This document shows, piece after piece, positions 9,017-18,208 of a stretch of DNA of 64,000 nucleotides (its first letter is position 1; each line of letters starts with the position of its first letter). Origin of the DNA: Thermoproteota archaeon (GTDB taxonomy: Archaea; Korarchaeota; Korarchaeia; Korarchaeales; Korarchaeaceae). The notes under the pieces were generated by a model, which ran no database searches, was not told where the DNA came from, and saw only the letters and a list, made by a program, of their open reading frames with translations. Location: the NCBI GenBank assembly GCA_027491435.1, contig JAOZFG010000035.1, positions 94,393 to 158,392 on the forward strand. The letters are read 5' to 3'. Both the position numbers and the translations under genes were made by a program.

Positions 9017-10044
9017 CGGTCAATAAGGTTTTACTCCCCGAGTTCCTCAAGTCCAAGCCCAACCTGAAGTTCCTGTTCACCGGAGGAAAGGGCGGAGTTG
9101 GCAAGACGGTATCGGCTGCTGGCTTGGCCTACAGGTTCTCCCAAGAGGGGAAGAGAACCTTGCTCGTCTCCTTAAACCCAGTCCACTCGTTGAGTAGCCT
9201 CTTCGCACAAGACCTTAAGGGAGGCGTCATAAAGCCCGTTGAAGGTGCTGAGAACCTCTTCGCCCTTGAGGTGGAGATAGACGACATAGTGGAGAAGTAC
9301 AAGAAGAACATAGCTAGGAGGCTCTCGGAGTTCCTGAAGTGGGCGGACATACCCCTTGACCCTAAGCCGTTCATAGACATAGCCACCACTAACCCGGCGT
9401 TCCAGGAGTCGGCCATGTTCGACAAGATGATGGACGTGGTCCTAGAGCAGGGAGAGGAGTTCGACGTGGTGGTCTTCGACACCGCGGCCGTAGCTAACGC
9501 GGCTAGGCTAATAGGTTTGAGTAAGATATATGGGCTCTGGCTTGAAAGGATGATAAAGAGCAGGGAAGAGGCTCTATCGCTCAGAGTTAAGCTGTCCTTC
9601 AGGAAGGAAAAGGTGATGGAGGAGATAAAGAAGGACCCGCTAATGGCAGATCTCATATCAATGCAGGAGAGGTTTAACAAGGTCAAGCAGATCCTGTTAA
9701 ACGAGGAGAAGACTGCTTTCTTCTTCGTGACGCTCCCCCTGGCCCTGCCCATAGCGGTGGTGAAGAGGTTCATAAAGATGGTAAGAGGGTTCGACATACC
9801 GGTGGGCGGCGTGATAGTCAACCAGATCATACCCAAGAAGGTAGCAGAGGCCACCACCAACGAGTACTTGAAGAACAAGTACAGGGAGCAGCTGGAGTAC
9901 ATGAGGATAATAGAGAGCGATTTAGGCGAGCTCGTTAGGTCCTACATACCTACTTACCCTGGGGAAGTTGTAGGGCTCGATATGCTGGCCAGGCTATCAG
10001 AAGACATGTTCACGTGGGTTCCTGACTTTCTAGATGAGCTTTAA
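9007..10044 (+). CDS. ArsA/TRC40/Get3 family ATPase, subunit 2 (switch motifs altered)
   Basis: GKGGVGKT, SLNPVHSL, DTAAVAN, IVNQ. Confidence 0.88.
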   Translation: MVVTVNKVLLPEFLKSKPNLKFLFTGGKGGVGKTVSAAGLAYRFSQEGKRTLLVSLNPVHSLSSLFAQDLKGGVIKPVEGAENLFALEVEIDDIVEKYKKNIARRLSEFLKWADIPLDPKPFIDIATTNPAFQESAMFDKMMDVVLEQGEEFDVVVFDTAAVANAARLIGLSKIYGLWLERMIKSREEALSLRVKLSFRKEKVMEEIKKDPLMADLISMQERFNKVKQILLNEEKTAFFFVTLPLALPIAVVKRFIKMVRGFDIPVGGVIVNQIIPKKVAEATTNEYLKNKYREQLEYMRIIESDLGELVRSYIPTYPGEVVGLDMLARLSEDMFTWVPDFLDEL

Positions 10045-10741
10045 CGGGCTTAACCCTCACCCTTTCTTCTCCTGAGTAGACGAGCATCCTGTTTCCCCTG
10101 GCAAATCCTACCAGAGTGATATTGTAAAGCTTGCCCAGTCTGGCCGCCTGAGCTGTGACAGCTGCCTTACTGGCTGCGAACCCAACTGAGCCCTTCCTCA
10201 ATATACCAACTATCCCTCTGGTTATCCTGCAGGAGAGGGCTAGGAAGTGCTCTTCTGGGTTGTACTCCTTAAGGTACATTCTCCCTAAAATTTTGTAGAG
10301 GAGGGTGTGCCTGCTAACGTCCTCCATCACCTCCTTGACCTGACCAGACTTATCGAATATTCCCATTACGTGCGTGGCCCCAGTAACCTTGTGTACTCTA
10401 GAGGAAGCCATCAAGGAGTTCACAGCCTTGAGTATGACTTCAGAATCAAGGATGGGTGCCCTAATAGATCCCCCACTGCCGATCGGCTTGCCCTTGACGT
10501 TGATCAGGTAGGCGTCATCACCCTTTAGAACGCTGACCCTGCTAAGCTCCTCAAGGGAGTACCCATGATAGATAAGCATTCCCGCCACTAGATCCACTAC
10601 ATCCGTTGGTGAGCCGTAGATAGTAATGGAGCTTCCTCCAATTCTGAAGGTAAAAGTTACCTCATTTGCTAGAATGTCTTCTAATTCTCTAGAGGAGCCG
10701 TCAACTACCTCTATCACCTTTACCTTGGACGTAGGCTCCAA
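10010..10741 (-). CDS. fdhD: FdhD/NarQ-like protein (divergent)
   Basis: TGATH, EDVSRH, SCRIT and TLVGFAR resemble the FdhD C-terminal motifs. Confidence 0.75.
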   Translation of the reverse strand: MEPTSKVKVIEVVDGSSRELEDILANEVTFTFRIGGSSITIYGSPTDVVDLVAGMLIYHGYSLEELSRVSVLKGDDAYLINVKGKPIGSGGSIRAPILDSEVILKAVNSLMASSRVHKVTGATHVMGIFDKSGQVKEVMEDVSRHTLLYKILGRMYLKEYNPEEHFLALSCRITRGIVGILRKGSVGFAASKAAVTAQAARLGKLYNITLVGFARGNRMLVYSGEERVRVKPVKAHLESQEPT

Positions 10742-11324
10742 CTAAATCACCCGCCTTCAGAAGGGCCCCTCCCAACACTAGCATAAGCTCTCCTCTCAAG
10801 AGTATTCCTTCTTCTCCCTTGCTCCTTATCGTCCCCAGGAGCAACCCGTAGATCAGGCCGCTGAGCCACAATTTAAGGGAGAGGTCTGATACCGTGACCC
10901 TGAGGAGGGAGGCGCTAACGTTGAGGAGAATTTGATTGAAAGTTCTCCAAATGATTATGAAAAACATGCTTGGAATTGCTGCTAATAACAGGGATATGGC
11001 AATCACTTTAATCCTCCTTAGAAGCTTCAGGTCGTGCACTGAGTATACGATCCTTGACCCCAGGTCGGATCCGCTTTTGAAGGCCAAGAACACGAACAGG
11101 GTGAACAAGGAGGGGGGCTTCACCGCTATCAAGGCGAGCAGGCCCACCAATATCCAGGAGAGAGTGTATATCAAATCTATTGCGTTTCTCTTAGCTAGCT
11201 TAGATCTTGTGACCTTAGCCACTGCCTTGCTAACCAACGACTGAATCAGGTAAGCCAGGGTGGGCAAGAAGTCCATCAAGCCCATTATCACAACTAGTAG
11301 GAAGAAAAGTACGTCAGCTAACAT
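10701..11324 (-). CDS. Hypothetical multi-pass membrane protein
   Basis: About 5-6 hydrophobic segments; operonic with the fdhD-like gene. Confidence 0.65.
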   Translation of the reverse strand: MLADVLFFLLVVIMGLMDFLPTLAYLIQSLVSKAVAKVTRSKLAKRNAIDLIYTLSWILVGLLALIAVKPPSLFTLFVFLAFKSGSDLGSRIVYSVHDLKLLRRIKVIAISLLLAAIPSMFFIIIWRTFNQILLNVSASLLRVTVSDLSLKLWLSGLIYGLLLGTIRSKGEEGILLRGELMLVLGGALLKAGDLVGAYVQGKGDRGS

Positions 11325-11373
11325 CGATAAACCTGGAACCTAAACATAAAAAGGGCTCCCTGGGCGTGATGAT

Positions 11374-11700
11374 ATGGATCTGGAGGAGGTCTTCGAAGAG
11401 ATCAGGGAGGTTCATAAGAGGGACCCTGAGAGTGCCCTCTCCCTGATGAAGTCCCTGGCCAAAGAGCTTAAGGAGAGGATTGCCGGTGACTGGGATGGTT
11501 CCGTTCCCCTCTCCCAGTACGCCAGCTCCAGGAAGTATCCGGACTTCTTTCACGAGATGGCTGACAGGATAGAGTGGTCCTTCAAGTTCGTGGAGGAAGC
11601 TACTATTAACGAGCTGTTGATGGCCCTTTCCTCACTAGGATTTCTCATGGAGGTTTACAGGAGGTTGGGGGAAAGTTCAAAAAAGGCTTCAAGTAGATAA
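11374..11700 (+). CDS. Hypothetical helical protein
   Basis: Typical codon usage and a GTGA RBS; first gene of a + strand cluster. Confidence 0.65.
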   Translation: MDLEEVFEEIREVHKRDPESALSLMKSLAKELKERIAGDWDGSVPLSQYASSRKYPDFFHEMADRIEWSFKFVEEATINELLMALSSLGFLMEVYRRLGESSKKASSR

Positions 11701-11715
11701 AGGAGGAGGGTCCAT

Positions 11716-12423
11716 ATGAGCGAGTGGGAAGGCTTCGACTTTGAAGAGGAGGAAGAGATCAGCTATGGTTTCTCGGACTACCTGTTGGCGCCAATAAAGT
11801 TCGCCTCAGGAACCTTTAAGGCCGTGAGGCAGAAGCCCAAGCTCACCTACTGGATAGCTCTTCTGCTCATAGCCACGCTATTCGCTTTGATTCCATCTTA
11901 CATACAGGCCTCTAAGGTAGAGATCAAGGTAGTAGGGGAGGGAGTAAGCGAGGACGTGATCAAAATGGTGGAGGCCACTCAAGAGATGTTCATGAAGAAC
12001 CCAGCCTTCCTGGGAATCACCATATTCATCTCCTCCCTGATAATACAGCTCGTCGGAGGAGTCGTCTACTTCCTCATCAGCAAGGTCATGGGAGGTGAGG
12101 GCTCCTTCAGCTCCCACCTGATGGTTGTGGGCATGACTTCCGTTCCTACAATAGTGATGAGCTTGCTGGAGATACCTTTCTTCATGACCTCGCCGCCCAT
12201 TCAAATAACTATAGATCTGAGAACCGGAAAGAGCCAGGGGGCTGTGGCGAGCGATCCCATGCTTCAGGTGCTCTCAATGTTAATGGCCCTCTGGTCAGCG
12301 GCCGTAATATACTACGGAGCCAAGTATACTTCTAAGCTGGACAGCGATGAGAAGGCCTTGATCGTGGCCTTCATCATGTACCTGGTGCTCATCCTTCCGG
12401 TCATCCTCTCCCTGGTGATCTGA
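11716..12423 (+). CDS. Yip1-family membrane protein
   Basis: P...F N-terminal motif, ISKVMGGEGSF, ~5 TM helices. Confidence 0.75.
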   Translation: MSEWEGFDFEEEEEISYGFSDYLLAPIKFASGTFKAVRQKPKLTYWIALLLIATLFALIPSYIQASKVEIKVVGEGVSEDVIKMVEATQEMFMKNPAFLGITIFISSLIIQLVGGVVYFLISKVMGGEGSFSSHLMVVGMTSVPTIVMSLLEIPFFMTSPPIQITIDLRTGKSQGAVASDPMLQVLSMLMALWSAAVIYYGAKYTSKLDSDEKALIVAFIMYLVLILPVILSLVI

Positions 12424-13826
12424 TGAGGTTAGACGCCCCCTTGGGATTGAGGGTCCTAGCACACCTGGTGGACCTGTTGCCGATAACGCTACTCTACATT
12501 GCAGCCTACCTGGCCTTAGGTGAGACCACCTCCTTCCTGGCGCTATCAATTTTAGGCTCAGTTCTGGTGCTCTCTATCGTGCTTTACTTCTCCCTGTTCG
12601 AGGCGTTCTTCTCGACTACCCCTGGGAAGAAGTTGATGAACCTGTACGTCATATCAGCAGATCCCATCGGCCCCCTGGCCCCGAGACAGGCGTTCGTCAG
12701 GAACGTACTTAGGTTCACGGACATCTTCCTGCTTTACCTACCCACCTTTCTGATCAAGAGGAGGATAGGCGATCTTTTGGCTGGAACTGCCGTGGTCTCA
12801 GATGAGCTAGCTACCCTGAAAGTGAGGGGCTTTGAGGAAAGCATAGCTGAGGCCCTCCTCCCTATAGTTGAGAGTAAGCTTGAGAGAACTGATGAGGTAA
12901 CTAAGTCCAAGCTCCTGGAGTTGAGCAGTAAAGCGGAGGTGCCTCCCTTTGTAGAGTCCTTGGACACGACGGATGAGGTAAAGAGGGTGCTGGCCGCCAT
13001 AATTCAGTGGCCTGATAAGTTCAAGAGGGCCTTCACCCCTAAGGAACTATCTCAGACTTACAAGGTGGCATCTCAACTAGCTTATAGGCCTGAGGATAGG
13101 GAGGAGCTACTCGAGATAGCTAAAGCTGTGGAGGCCCTACAACTGACCAAGAGGAGGCCGAAACCCGGTTTATCAGTCAGATCCCTTGGCAGGGCTCCGG
13201 TTGAGTTCAGGCCCTTAATACCATATTTCCTGTTGTCAGCCGCCCTTTTGTTAACTATATCATATCTGGCAGCCATACTAAGACCAGACCCCCTGATTAA
13301 GGCTCTAAGGGAACTCTTCGGGACGACAGACAGGAGAGCCTTAGCCAACACGGCCTACGTCTTCTCTGTGATATTCCTCAACAACATGAGGGTTGTCCTA
13401 CTGATACTAGGGCTAAGCCCAACCGTGGTGATACCCCTACTCATGCTACTGGTCAACGGAATGACAATAGGCGGGCTTCTAGGAACTTATGCAGCTCAAG
13501 GAAAGGCCCTTCAGGCCATACTGCTCATACTCCCTCATGGAGTCCCTGAGCTCACGGCCATCTTTATAGTCACGGCCCTCTCACTTAAGGCGGCTAAGAT
13601 AGTGATACTTCCGCCGAAAATAGGCAGGGTTAAAGCCCTAAGGGAGCTTTTCCTGGGAAGCCTTGAAATACTGGCCGTGGCCACTGCGCTTATACTCTAC
13701 GCGGCTGTGATAGAGGCGGCGATCACCAAACCGCTCTCATCAGATCCCATGAAGGGAGTTGCCTTCTCCCTGGCGGAGGCTCTAGTAATTTACTTCTTCT
13801 TGCTGAAGGCTAGAAACTCCTCTTAA
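12423..13826 (+). CDS. RDD domain fused to SpoIIM-like membrane domain
   Basis: N-terminal RVLAHLVD, TPGKK, RN..R..D, RRIGDLLAGT (RDD); C-terminal IFLNN, NG..IG, ILPHGVPEL, AAVIEA (SpoIIM). Confidence 0.8.
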   Translation: MRLDAPLGLRVLAHLVDLLPITLLYIAAYLALGETTSFLALSILGSVLVLSIVLYFSLFEAFFSTTPGKKLMNLYVISADPIGPLAPRQAFVRNVLRFTDIFLLYLPTFLIKRRIGDLLAGTAVVSDELATLKVRGFEESIAEALLPIVESKLERTDEVTKSKLLELSSKAEVPPFVESLDTTDEVKRVLAAIIQWPDKFKRAFTPKELSQTYKVASQLAYRPEDREELLEIAKAVEALQLTKRRPKPGLSVRSLGRAPVEFRPLIPYFLLSAALLLTISYLAAILRPDPLIKALRELFGTTDRRALANTAYVFSVIFLNNMRVVLLILGLSPTVVIPLLMLLVNGMTIGGLLGTYAAQGKALQAILLILPHGVPELTAIFIVTALSLKAAKIVILPPKIGRVKALRELFLGSLEILAVATALILYAAVIEAAITKPLSSDPMKGVAFSLAEALVIYFFLLKARNSS

Positions 13827-14637
13827 CGGCGAATTCGGCTATTTTCCTTAACTTTTCTTTAGCTTCGCTATCCTCAAGAGGTTCAAGCCCTCTAAACGCT
13901 TTCTCTATGAAATTATCGGCCAACTCGCTCAAGAAGCCTAGGTCACCTTCCCTTACTAATGAGGAGAGTTCCCTCTCTCCTCCCCAGTCCAGGAGGTCGT
14001 CTTTTATCTGGTAAGCCAATCCTAGGTACCTGCCGTAAGAGGCCATGTTATCGGCCAAGTCTACCCTACCAGCGATTATGGCGCCTAGTCTTGATGATGC
14101 TTCAAAGAGGGTTGCCGTTTTAAGCTCCAGGACCTTTAAGTAGTCGTCTAGGCTTATGGGTTCCCCCTCCCTCATAAGCCTGACCTCCAACAATTCTCCC
14201 TCTGCCATTCTCTTGGAGGCCCAGGAGAGAACTTCCCCGACCTGCTTGTTCTCATACATGCTAGCTACCCTCAACACGAGGGCTAGGATGAAGTCAGCGG
14301 CCAGAATTGCCATCTCCTTACCGTTATCGACGTGAAAGGCGTTCTTCCCCCTCCTCTCAACGTCACCGTCTATTAGGTCGTCATGTATGAGGGAGGCCGT
14401 GTGAATGAGTTCTATGGCCACAGCTGCAGGCTCCGGATTGCCCTTGCCTCCGCAGGCCTCGTGAGACAGCAACAGTATTATTGGCCTGACCCTCTTCCCC
14501 CCTCTCATGAATTTCATCAAGGGGTTGAAAAAGAGGGAGTCCTTCTCCTGAGCCATCAACTCATCTAAAGCTTCGTTCACTCTCTTGGCGTACGGTTCCA
14601 ATGATTTTAGCAAGCGTTCCATGTCACTTGTCTGCAC
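13810..14637 (-). CDS. trans-Polyprenyl diphosphate synthase
   Basis: GGKRVRP, FARM HDDLID..RRG, KTATLF, SARM QIKDDLLD. Confidence 0.9.
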   Translation of the reverse strand: MQTSDMERLLKSLEPYAKRVNEALDELMAQEKDSLFFNPLMKFMRGGKRVRPIILLLSHEACGGKGNPEPAAVAIELIHTASLIHDDLIDGDVERRGKNAFHVDNGKEMAILAADFILALVLRVASMYENKQVGEVLSWASKRMAEGELLEVRLMREGEPISLDDYLKVLELKTATLFEASSRLGAIIAGRVDLADNMASYGRYLGLAYQIKDDLLDWGGERELSSLVREGDLGFLSELADNFIEKAFRGLEPLEDSEAKEKLRKIAEFAVKRSF

Positions 14638-14661
14638 AGTCTGTTCCCCGGGAAGGGCCCC

Positions 14662-15405
14662 CTACTCTTCTATAAGTATGCTCCTCCTCTTAACGACTCT
14701 GTCGGCGTACACCACTATTCCATTATCCGTAATTTCGAAGGGATGCCTCTTCATCGAGTGCGCTGTTCCCCTCATCTTCCAAACTATTAGGCTCCTCACT
14801 AGCTCCCCATCCCATTCGTCTAGGTCGAGCCTTATGATCCCGTCGGCGGCGTGTTCCACCCCAGGTCCTCCGAATCCCCTCTCCGTGACGCCGACCTGGC
14901 TTATTAGGATTGAAGTTGTGCCCATCCCAGAGAGCACCTTCTTGAGCAGGAGCACGGTCTTCCTGGCCACCACCGGCTTAGTTAAGTAGAGGGCAGTGAC
15001 AGAGTCTACTACCACCCTCTCAGCTCCAACTTCCTCTATAGCCCTCCTTAACTGGTCTATGAGCGAGTGAACGTCCTCAGGGTCGGCGACCACGTACTTC
15101 TCCCTCTTAGCCGCAGCCCCTATTCCTCCTGTGTAAGCGTCAACTATGGCAAACTTGCCCTCCTCCTCGAAGGGCCTAGGGTCCCAACCGAAGGCCGACA
15201 TGTTTATCCTCACCTGTACTGGGTGCTCCTCCAATGCAACGTAAACGCTGCCTTGACCCTCTTTAAGCCCGTTGTACAGGTACTGCATACCGAAGATCGT
15301 CTTGCCGGTTCCAGGCCCTCCTGACAAGAGGACTACGTTCCTCTCAGGTATCCCACCTTTTAGGATTTCATCCATCCCAGGTATCCCTGTCTTTATCCTC
15401 CTCAA
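14662..15405 (-). CDS. KaiC-like (aRadC-type) RecA-superfamily ATPase
   Basis: [35 protein letters not shown]. Confidence 0.9.
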   Translation of the reverse strand: MRRIKTGIPGMDEILKGGIPERNVVLLSGGPGTGKTIFGMQYLYNGLKEGQGSVYVALEEHPVQVRINMSAFGWDPRPFEEEGKFAIVDAYTGGIGAAAKREKYVVADPEDVHSLIDQLRRAIEEVGAERVVVDSVTALYLTKPVVARKTVLLLKKVLSGMGTTSILISQVGVTERGFGGPGVEHAADGIIRLDLDEWDGELVRSLIVWKMRGTAHSMKRHPFEITDNGIVVYADRVVKRRSILIEE

Positions 15406-15457
15406 ACTGTCACCCCCTATAATCAGGCTTAATAAGATTAAAGTTACGTGGTTCTAG

Positions 15458-16843
15458 GTGATCCTCTTGAAGCCCTTTCCGAATGAAGGGAAGGACCTGA
15501 CTGGCGCCCTGAGGAGGGGCGAAATAACAGTAGCCGTGTATGGGCTTGGACATGTGGGCGCCCCTCTCTTGGCAGCTTGGTTACTCGCTGGGGCTAGGGG
15601 AATAGGGGTTGACGTCGACCCAGAGAAGGTCGACTTGGTGAACTCAGGTAAGAGCCCGGTTATGGAGCCCGGGGTCGATGAGGTTTTCAGTAAGGCCGTC
15701 GAGGAGGGCAGATTAAGGGCGACTACCTCTGGCGCTGACGCCGCCAGCGAGTCGGACGTCATGTTGATAGCGGTGCCCACCAAGCTCTCCGGGGACGGGT
15801 GGCCCAGGAAACCTGACTTAACGCATGTTAAGGAGGTGGCTAGGGAAATAGGGAAAGGGCTTCAAAAGGGTGATTTAGTGATCTTGGAGAGTAGTTCACC
15901 CCCAGGGACCACTAGAAAAGTTCTCAAGCCCATTTTAGAGGATGAAAGCGGGCTTAAGGCGGAGGAGGATTTTGGTTTGGTGTACAGTCCGGAGAGGATA
16001 GCTGAGGGGAGGGCCCTTAAGGACATAGTCGAATCCTACCCCAAAGTAATAGGGGGGATAGGACCTAAGAGCTCGGCTACGGCCTCTGAACTCTATGGGG
16101 TGATCGCATCCAAGGGCGTTATAGAGGTCAGCAACGACCTAGTTGCTGAGTTCGAGAAGTTGGCTGAGGGAATTTACAGGGACGTCAACATAGCTTTAGC
16201 AAACGAGTTAGCCGAGCTTTGCAGGGTTTTGGGCATAGATTATGATGAGGTCAGGTTGGCCGCTAATAGTCAGCCCTACTCTCACCTTCACAGGCCCGGA
16301 ACTGGAGTGGGAGGGCTCTGCATCCCTGTTTACCCCCACTTCCTGGCCTGGGTCGCCAACGAGAATTCAGTAAAGCTGGAGTTGGTTAAGACGGGCAGGA
16401 GGATAAATGAGGAGATGCCGAGGAGGGTTGCTGAACTGGTGGAGCAGGGGATGGAGAGGCTCGGGCTTAAGTATGAGGTCTCTATACTGGGGCTGGCTTT
16501 CAGGGGAGATGTAGCTGATTCGAGGCTCTCCCCAACCTACGACCTGATAAAGGAACTGCAGGATAGAGGGATTTCCGTGAAGGTTGTACACGATCCCCTG
16601 ATAGCAGAAGATCCCCTGCTCGAGGAGCTGGGGGTTGGACTCACCAAGGAGCTAGAGAAGGCGCTCAAGGCGCCCGCTGTGGTTATCTCGACGGATCACT
16701 CCCAGTACAGGATGAAGGCCAGCGAGTTCTTCGGGATGGGTGAGTTCATCCTCCTGGTGGACGGCAGACACGTCATAGAGGTTGATGAAGTTCCTAGGGG
16801 GAAGGCCTACGTTGGGGTGGGAAGGCCCTGGATCATCCCCTGA
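15458..16843 (+). CDS. Nucleotide-sugar (UDP-GlcNAc/ManNAc-type) 6-dehydrogenase
   Basis: GLGHVG, AVPT, ESSSPPGTT, SPER, GVGGLCIP, GLAFRGDVADSR. Confidence 0.9.
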   Translation: MILLKPFPNEGKDLTGALRRGEITVAVYGLGHVGAPLLAAWLLAGARGIGVDVDPEKVDLVNSGKSPVMEPGVDEVFSKAVEEGRLRATTSGADAASESDVMLIAVPTKLSGDGWPRKPDLTHVKEVAREIGKGLQKGDLVILESSSPPGTTRKVLKPILEDESGLKAEEDFGLVYSPERIAEGRALKDIVESYPKVIGGIGPKSSATASELYGVIASKGVIEVSNDLVAEFEKLAEGIYRDVNIALANELAELCRVLGIDYDEVRLAANSQPYSHLHRPGTGVGGLCIPVYPHFLAWVANENSVKLELVKTGRRINEEMPRRVAELVEQGMERLGLKYEVSILGLAFRGDVADSRLSPTYDLIKELQDRGISVKVVHDPLIAEDPLLEELGVGLTKELEKALKAPAVVISTDHSQYRMKASEFFGMGEFILLVDGRHVIEVDEVPRGKAYVGVGRPWIIP

Positions 16844-17405
16844 GGAGCCTCCTCACGAAGCTTATGGTGAATATCTCCAGCAAAGACTCCATGGCTGCCA
16901 AGGCCCCCCACAAGTCAACTTCAGAGGCCACCACTGGCCCATGTCTCCTTATTATCACGGCGTTCACGCCTGACATGGCAGAAGCCACTGCCTCCGCAAG
17001 CTCCTCAGTTCCGTATGGCCTCCAACCTATCACCTTAACCCCTTTGAGCAGTATTTTCGCCTCTTCAGTCCAGTCCCTCTCCTCAAATAGTTCTGAGGAG
17101 GTGAAGAGGTTCGCCATTCCCGTTATTAGGGGGTGATGGCAGTGGAGAACGGCCTTGACGTCCGGCCTCCTCTTGTATATTTGGAGGTGCATCCTCCACT
17201 CAGAGCTCGGCTTTCCTCCCCTAGGATCGCCATCCCACGTCACGAAAACCACGTCCTCAGGGCTCAGGTTCCCCTTGAATTTGCCTGATGGGGTTATATA
17301 GATCCCGTCGTCGGCCCTTATGCTAGCGTTTCCTCCAGCTCCAGTGGTTAGCCCCTTGAGGTGGGCTACCCTCATAACTTCAGCTACCTCGTCGGGATTC
17401 ACCAT
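16833..17405 (-). CDS. Class II aldolase/adducin family protein
   Basis: GNASIR, ITPSG, PSSEWRMH, HCH and RHG metal ligands. Confidence 0.88.
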   Translation of the reverse strand: MVNPDEVAEVMRVAHLKGLTTGAGGNASIRADDGIYITPSGKFKGNLSPEDVVFVTWDGDPRGGKPSSEWRMHLQIYKRRPDVKAVLHCHHPLITGMANLFTSSELFEERDWTEEAKILLKGVKVIGWRPYGTEELAEAVASAMSGVNAVIIRRHGPVVASEVDLWGALAAMESLLEIFTISFVRRLLRG

Positions 17406-18091
17406 GTGTAGCCCCACCACCAGTACTCTGGGTAACGCCCTTGCCTATACATCCTTACCCTGTCCCTAAGGGGGAGCGACATTACCACTCCAGCTATAAA
17501 GCCGCCTATGTGGGCCCAATAGGCTACCCCTGTCCTCTCCCCTATTAAGGCTGGTATCAACTGCCAGAGGAACCAGAAGCCTATGTAGTACTTAGCGGGA
17601 ATTCTCTCGACCACCACGTAGAAGTAGATGAATACGAGCGTGAGTATGTTGGCCTCCGGGTAAAATATCATGTAAGCCCCCAGGACCCCGCTTATAGCAC
17701 CGGATGCGCCGACCGCAGGTATCATGGAGGTGGGGAACATGACCGTGTGGAGGAGATCTGCTGCTAACCCGGAAATGAGGTAGAAGATCAGGTACTGCAC
17801 TTTGCCATAGGCCGCCTCCACGTTGTCCCCGAATATGTAGAGGTAGAGCATGTTGCCTATTAGGTGAAGCCACCCCCCGTGCATGAACATGGAGGTGAAG
17901 AGCCTGTAGAAGTTGGCCGAGGGGTTGTCCAGGAAAAGGGCTGGTATGTACCCGTACTCGTATATGAGGTACTGGAACCTGTCGGGCCCGCCGGCTATCT
18001 GCCATAGGAACACTATCACGTTGGCTGCGATGAGCATATAGGTGACGTAAGGGGTCTCGGGACTAGGGTTTTCATCCCTATACGGTATCAA
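17399..18091 (-). CDS. Rhomboid intramembrane serine protease
   Basis: HGGWLHLIGNM, GASG catalytic Ser, AHIGG catalytic His. Confidence 0.92.
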   Translation of the reverse strand: MIPYRDENPSPETPYVTYMLIAANVIVFLWQIAGGPDRFQYLIYEYGYIPALFLDNPSANFYRLFTSMFMHGGWLHLIGNMLYLYIFGDNVEAAYGKVQYLIFYLISGLAADLLHTVMFPTSMIPAVGASGAISGVLGAYMIFYPEANILTLVFIYFYVVVERIPAKYYIGFWFLWQLIPALIGERTGVAYWAHIGGFIAGVVMSLPLRDRVRMYRQGRYPEYWWWGYTW

Positions 18092-18105
18092 CTCAGAACC
18101 TCCCG

Positions 18106-18163
18106 GGCTCAGCTGACTCTCTTAAGGGCATCGAAGCCCTCTTGCCGAATAGTCATCATCGCC
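18106..18163 (-). ncRNA. Box C/D methylation guide sRNA targeting 23S rRNA helix 69-71
   Basis: ggcg-ATGATGA-CTATTCGGCAAG-...-CCTTAAGAGAGTCAG-CTGA-gcc. Canonical C and D boxes, terminal GGC/GCC stem, and a D guide complementary to the conserved 23S CUGACUCUCUUAAGG. Confidence 0.85.
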
Positions 18164-18208
18164 TAGTAAGTAGAGGGCCTCAATAAAAAAATAATGTGAT
18201 GGGAAGAG

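Noticed and set aside
9129-9902. Long antisense ORFs in the track (e.g. 9129-9902, 23403-24200, 61147-61641)
   Set aside because: They are shadows of well-supported genes on the opposite strand and show no motifs.
8015-10044. Arsenic resistance operon
   Set aside because: No arsB/acr3, arsC, arsR or arsD, and the metalloid-binding cysteines are absent.
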